Below, piece after piece: positions 61,960-64,000 of a stretch of 64,000 nucleotides of DNA. The DNA comes from Mobula hypostoma (lineage: Eukaryota), in NCBI RefSeq assembly GCF_963921235.1, contig NC_086097.1, forward strand, positions 165,666,001 to 165,730,000, read 5' to 3'. Both the position numbers and the translations under genes were made by a program. Positions within the stretch are counted from its first letter, which is position 1; every line of letters begins with the position of its first letter. The notes below the pieces were generated by a model, which was not told the DNA's origin, made no database searches, and worked only from the letters and a program-made list of their open reading frames with translations.

Positions 61960-64000
61960 TATTCATGTGGCTATGTCTCAGATGGACCACCATTTATAAA
62001 GACAGCAAGCAAGGAGTACTGGAATATTTAGGTCAAGAGGTAAGAATAAGATAGATGAGGAACTCAGCAGCTGATGAACTTTAATAGCAAGAGTAAAAGG
62101 AAGTTGATGGCAGTTATATACAGGGCTCCCAACAGTGGCTGGGAGGTGGACCACAGATTTCAACAGGAAATAGAAAAGGCAAGTCAAAAGGGCAATGTTA
62201 TGGTAGTCAGGGGAGATTTTAATATGCAGGTTGATTGAGGAAAATCAGGTTGGGAATGGATCTCAAGAGAGTGAGTTTGTTGAATGCCTAAGCGATAACT
62301 TTTTAGAGCAGTTTGTCGTTGAGCCTACTGGGGGATCAGCTGTACTGGATTGAGTGTTGTGTAATGAACCAGAGGCGATTAGGGAGCTTAAGGTAAAAGA
62401 ACCCTTAGGAACCAGTGATCGCAATATGATTGTTTCGAACTTGAAATTTGATAGGGAGAATGTAAAGTCTGATGTAGCAGTATTTCAGTGGAGTAAAGGA
62501 AATTACAGTGGTATGGAAAGAAGTTGGCCAACGTAAACTGGAAGGAGATGCTGGCAGGGATGACAGCAGAGCAGCAATGGCGTGCGTTTCTGGGAAAATT
62601 GAGGAAGGTGCTGGACATGTGTATTCCAAAAATGAAGAAGTACTCAAATAGTAAAATAGTACAACTGTGGCTGACAAGGAAAGTCAAAGCTTTTGTAAAA
62701 GCAAAAGAAAGAGCAAAAATTAGTGGGAAGATAGAAGACTGGGAAGTTTTTAAAAACCTACAGACAGCAGCTAAAAAAAAAATCATTAGAAGGGAAAGAT
62801 GAAATATGAAAGCAAGCTAGCAAATACCAAAGTGGATAGTAAAAGTCTTTTTCCAAGTATATTAAAAATAAAAGAGAAGTGAGAATGGATATAGGACTGC
62901 TAGAAAATGAAGCAGGAGAAATAATAATGGGGGACAACGAGATGGCTGCTGAACTAAATGAGTATTTTGCGTCAGTCTTCACTGCGGAAGACACTAGCAG
63001 TATGCCTGATGTTGTCGTGTGTGAAGGAAGAGAAGTGGGTGCGATTACTGGTACAAGTGAGAAGGTGCTCAAAAAGCTGAATGACCTAAAGGCAAGTCAC
63101 CCGGACCAAAGGATCTGCATCCTAGGGTCTGAAAGAGGTGGCGTTTGAGATTGTGGTGGTATTAGAAATGATCTTTCAAAAATAATTGGATTGTGGCCTG
63201 GTGCCAGAGGACTGGAAAATTGCAAATGTTACTCCACTCTTTAAGAAAGGAGGAAGGCAGCAGAAAAGAAATTATAGACCAGTTGGCTTGACCTCAGTGG
63301 TTGGGAAGATGTTGGAGTCAATTGTTAAGGATGAGGTGATGGAGTATTTGGTCACACAGGAAAAGTTAGTACCAAGTCAGCATGGTTTCCTTCAGGAAAA
63401 ACCCCGCCTGACGAATCTGTTGGAATTTTTTGAGAACATTGCAAGTAGGATAGATAAAGGGGATGCAACAGATGTTGTATATTTGGACTTTCAGAAGGCC
63501 TTTTACAAGGCGCCACACATGAGGCTGACTTGCCAAGTTCAGAGCCCATGGCATTACAGGAAAGTTACTAACATGGTTAGAGGATTGGCTGATTGGTAGG
63601 AGACAGTGAGTGAGTGGGGAAAAAAAGGATCCTTTTCTAGTTGGCTGCCAGTGACTAGTTGTGTTCCGCGGGGGTCGGTGTTGGGACCACTTCTTTTTAT
63701 GCTGTATATAAATGATTTAGATGATAGAATAGATGGCTTTGTTGCCATGTTTGCAGATGTTACGAAGACTTGTGGAGGGGCAGGTAGTGTTGAGGAAACA
63801 AGTAATATGTAGAAGGACTTAGACAAATTAGGAGAATGGGCAAGAAAGTGGCAAATGAAATACAATGTTGGAAAATGAATGGTCATGCACTTTGGTAGTA
63901 GAAATAAATGTGCGGTCTATTTTCTAAACGGGGAGAAAATCCAGGAATCTGAGATGCAGAAGGACTTGGGAGTCCTTGTGCAGTACACCCTACAGGTTAT
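61960..64000 (+). mobile_element. Degenerate CR1 LINE ORF2 (endonuclease-RT), runs off the window
   Basis: GDFN, VPEDWKIANVTPLFKKG..NYRPVGLTSVVGK, SQHGF, YLDFQKAF, VPRGSVLGPLLF, FADV; stops and frameshifts. Confidence 0.88.

Noticed and set aside
37288..64000. RAB31 exon 4 onward
   Set aside because: No FHSLAPMYYRG-like coding segment with splice sites was found by eye; it probably lies beyond the window.

Overview
Eukaryotic (vertebrate) genomic DNA, AT-rich and dominated by transposable elements. The repeat set (CR1, Rex1/Babar, Penelope, V-SINE, RTE, L1, Tc1, hAT, Tigger) suggests a cartilaginous fish, probably a ray; this is inference. One host gene is visible: the first three coding exons of a RAB31 (Rab22B-type) GTPase on the + strand (8563-8598, 37038-37117, 37206-37287). 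Exon 4 was not found in the window. Two things stand out. (1) A Penelope-like element (PLE) family carries a minimal type I hammerhead ribozyme in its terminal repeat. It repeatedly forms ~200-bp TSD-flanked palindromes with one long and one short arm and junctions at the ribozyme. It also forms a retrozyme-like hammerhead-441 nt-hammerhead unit, and one copy lacks exactly the catalytic core. (2) A young, nearly intact L1-clade LINE with a twin-priming 5' inversion and a 119-bp duplication is inserted with a 14-bp TSD into an RTE LINE in RAB31 intron 1. Boundaries of old repeats are approximate, and family names come from motif recognition, not database searches.
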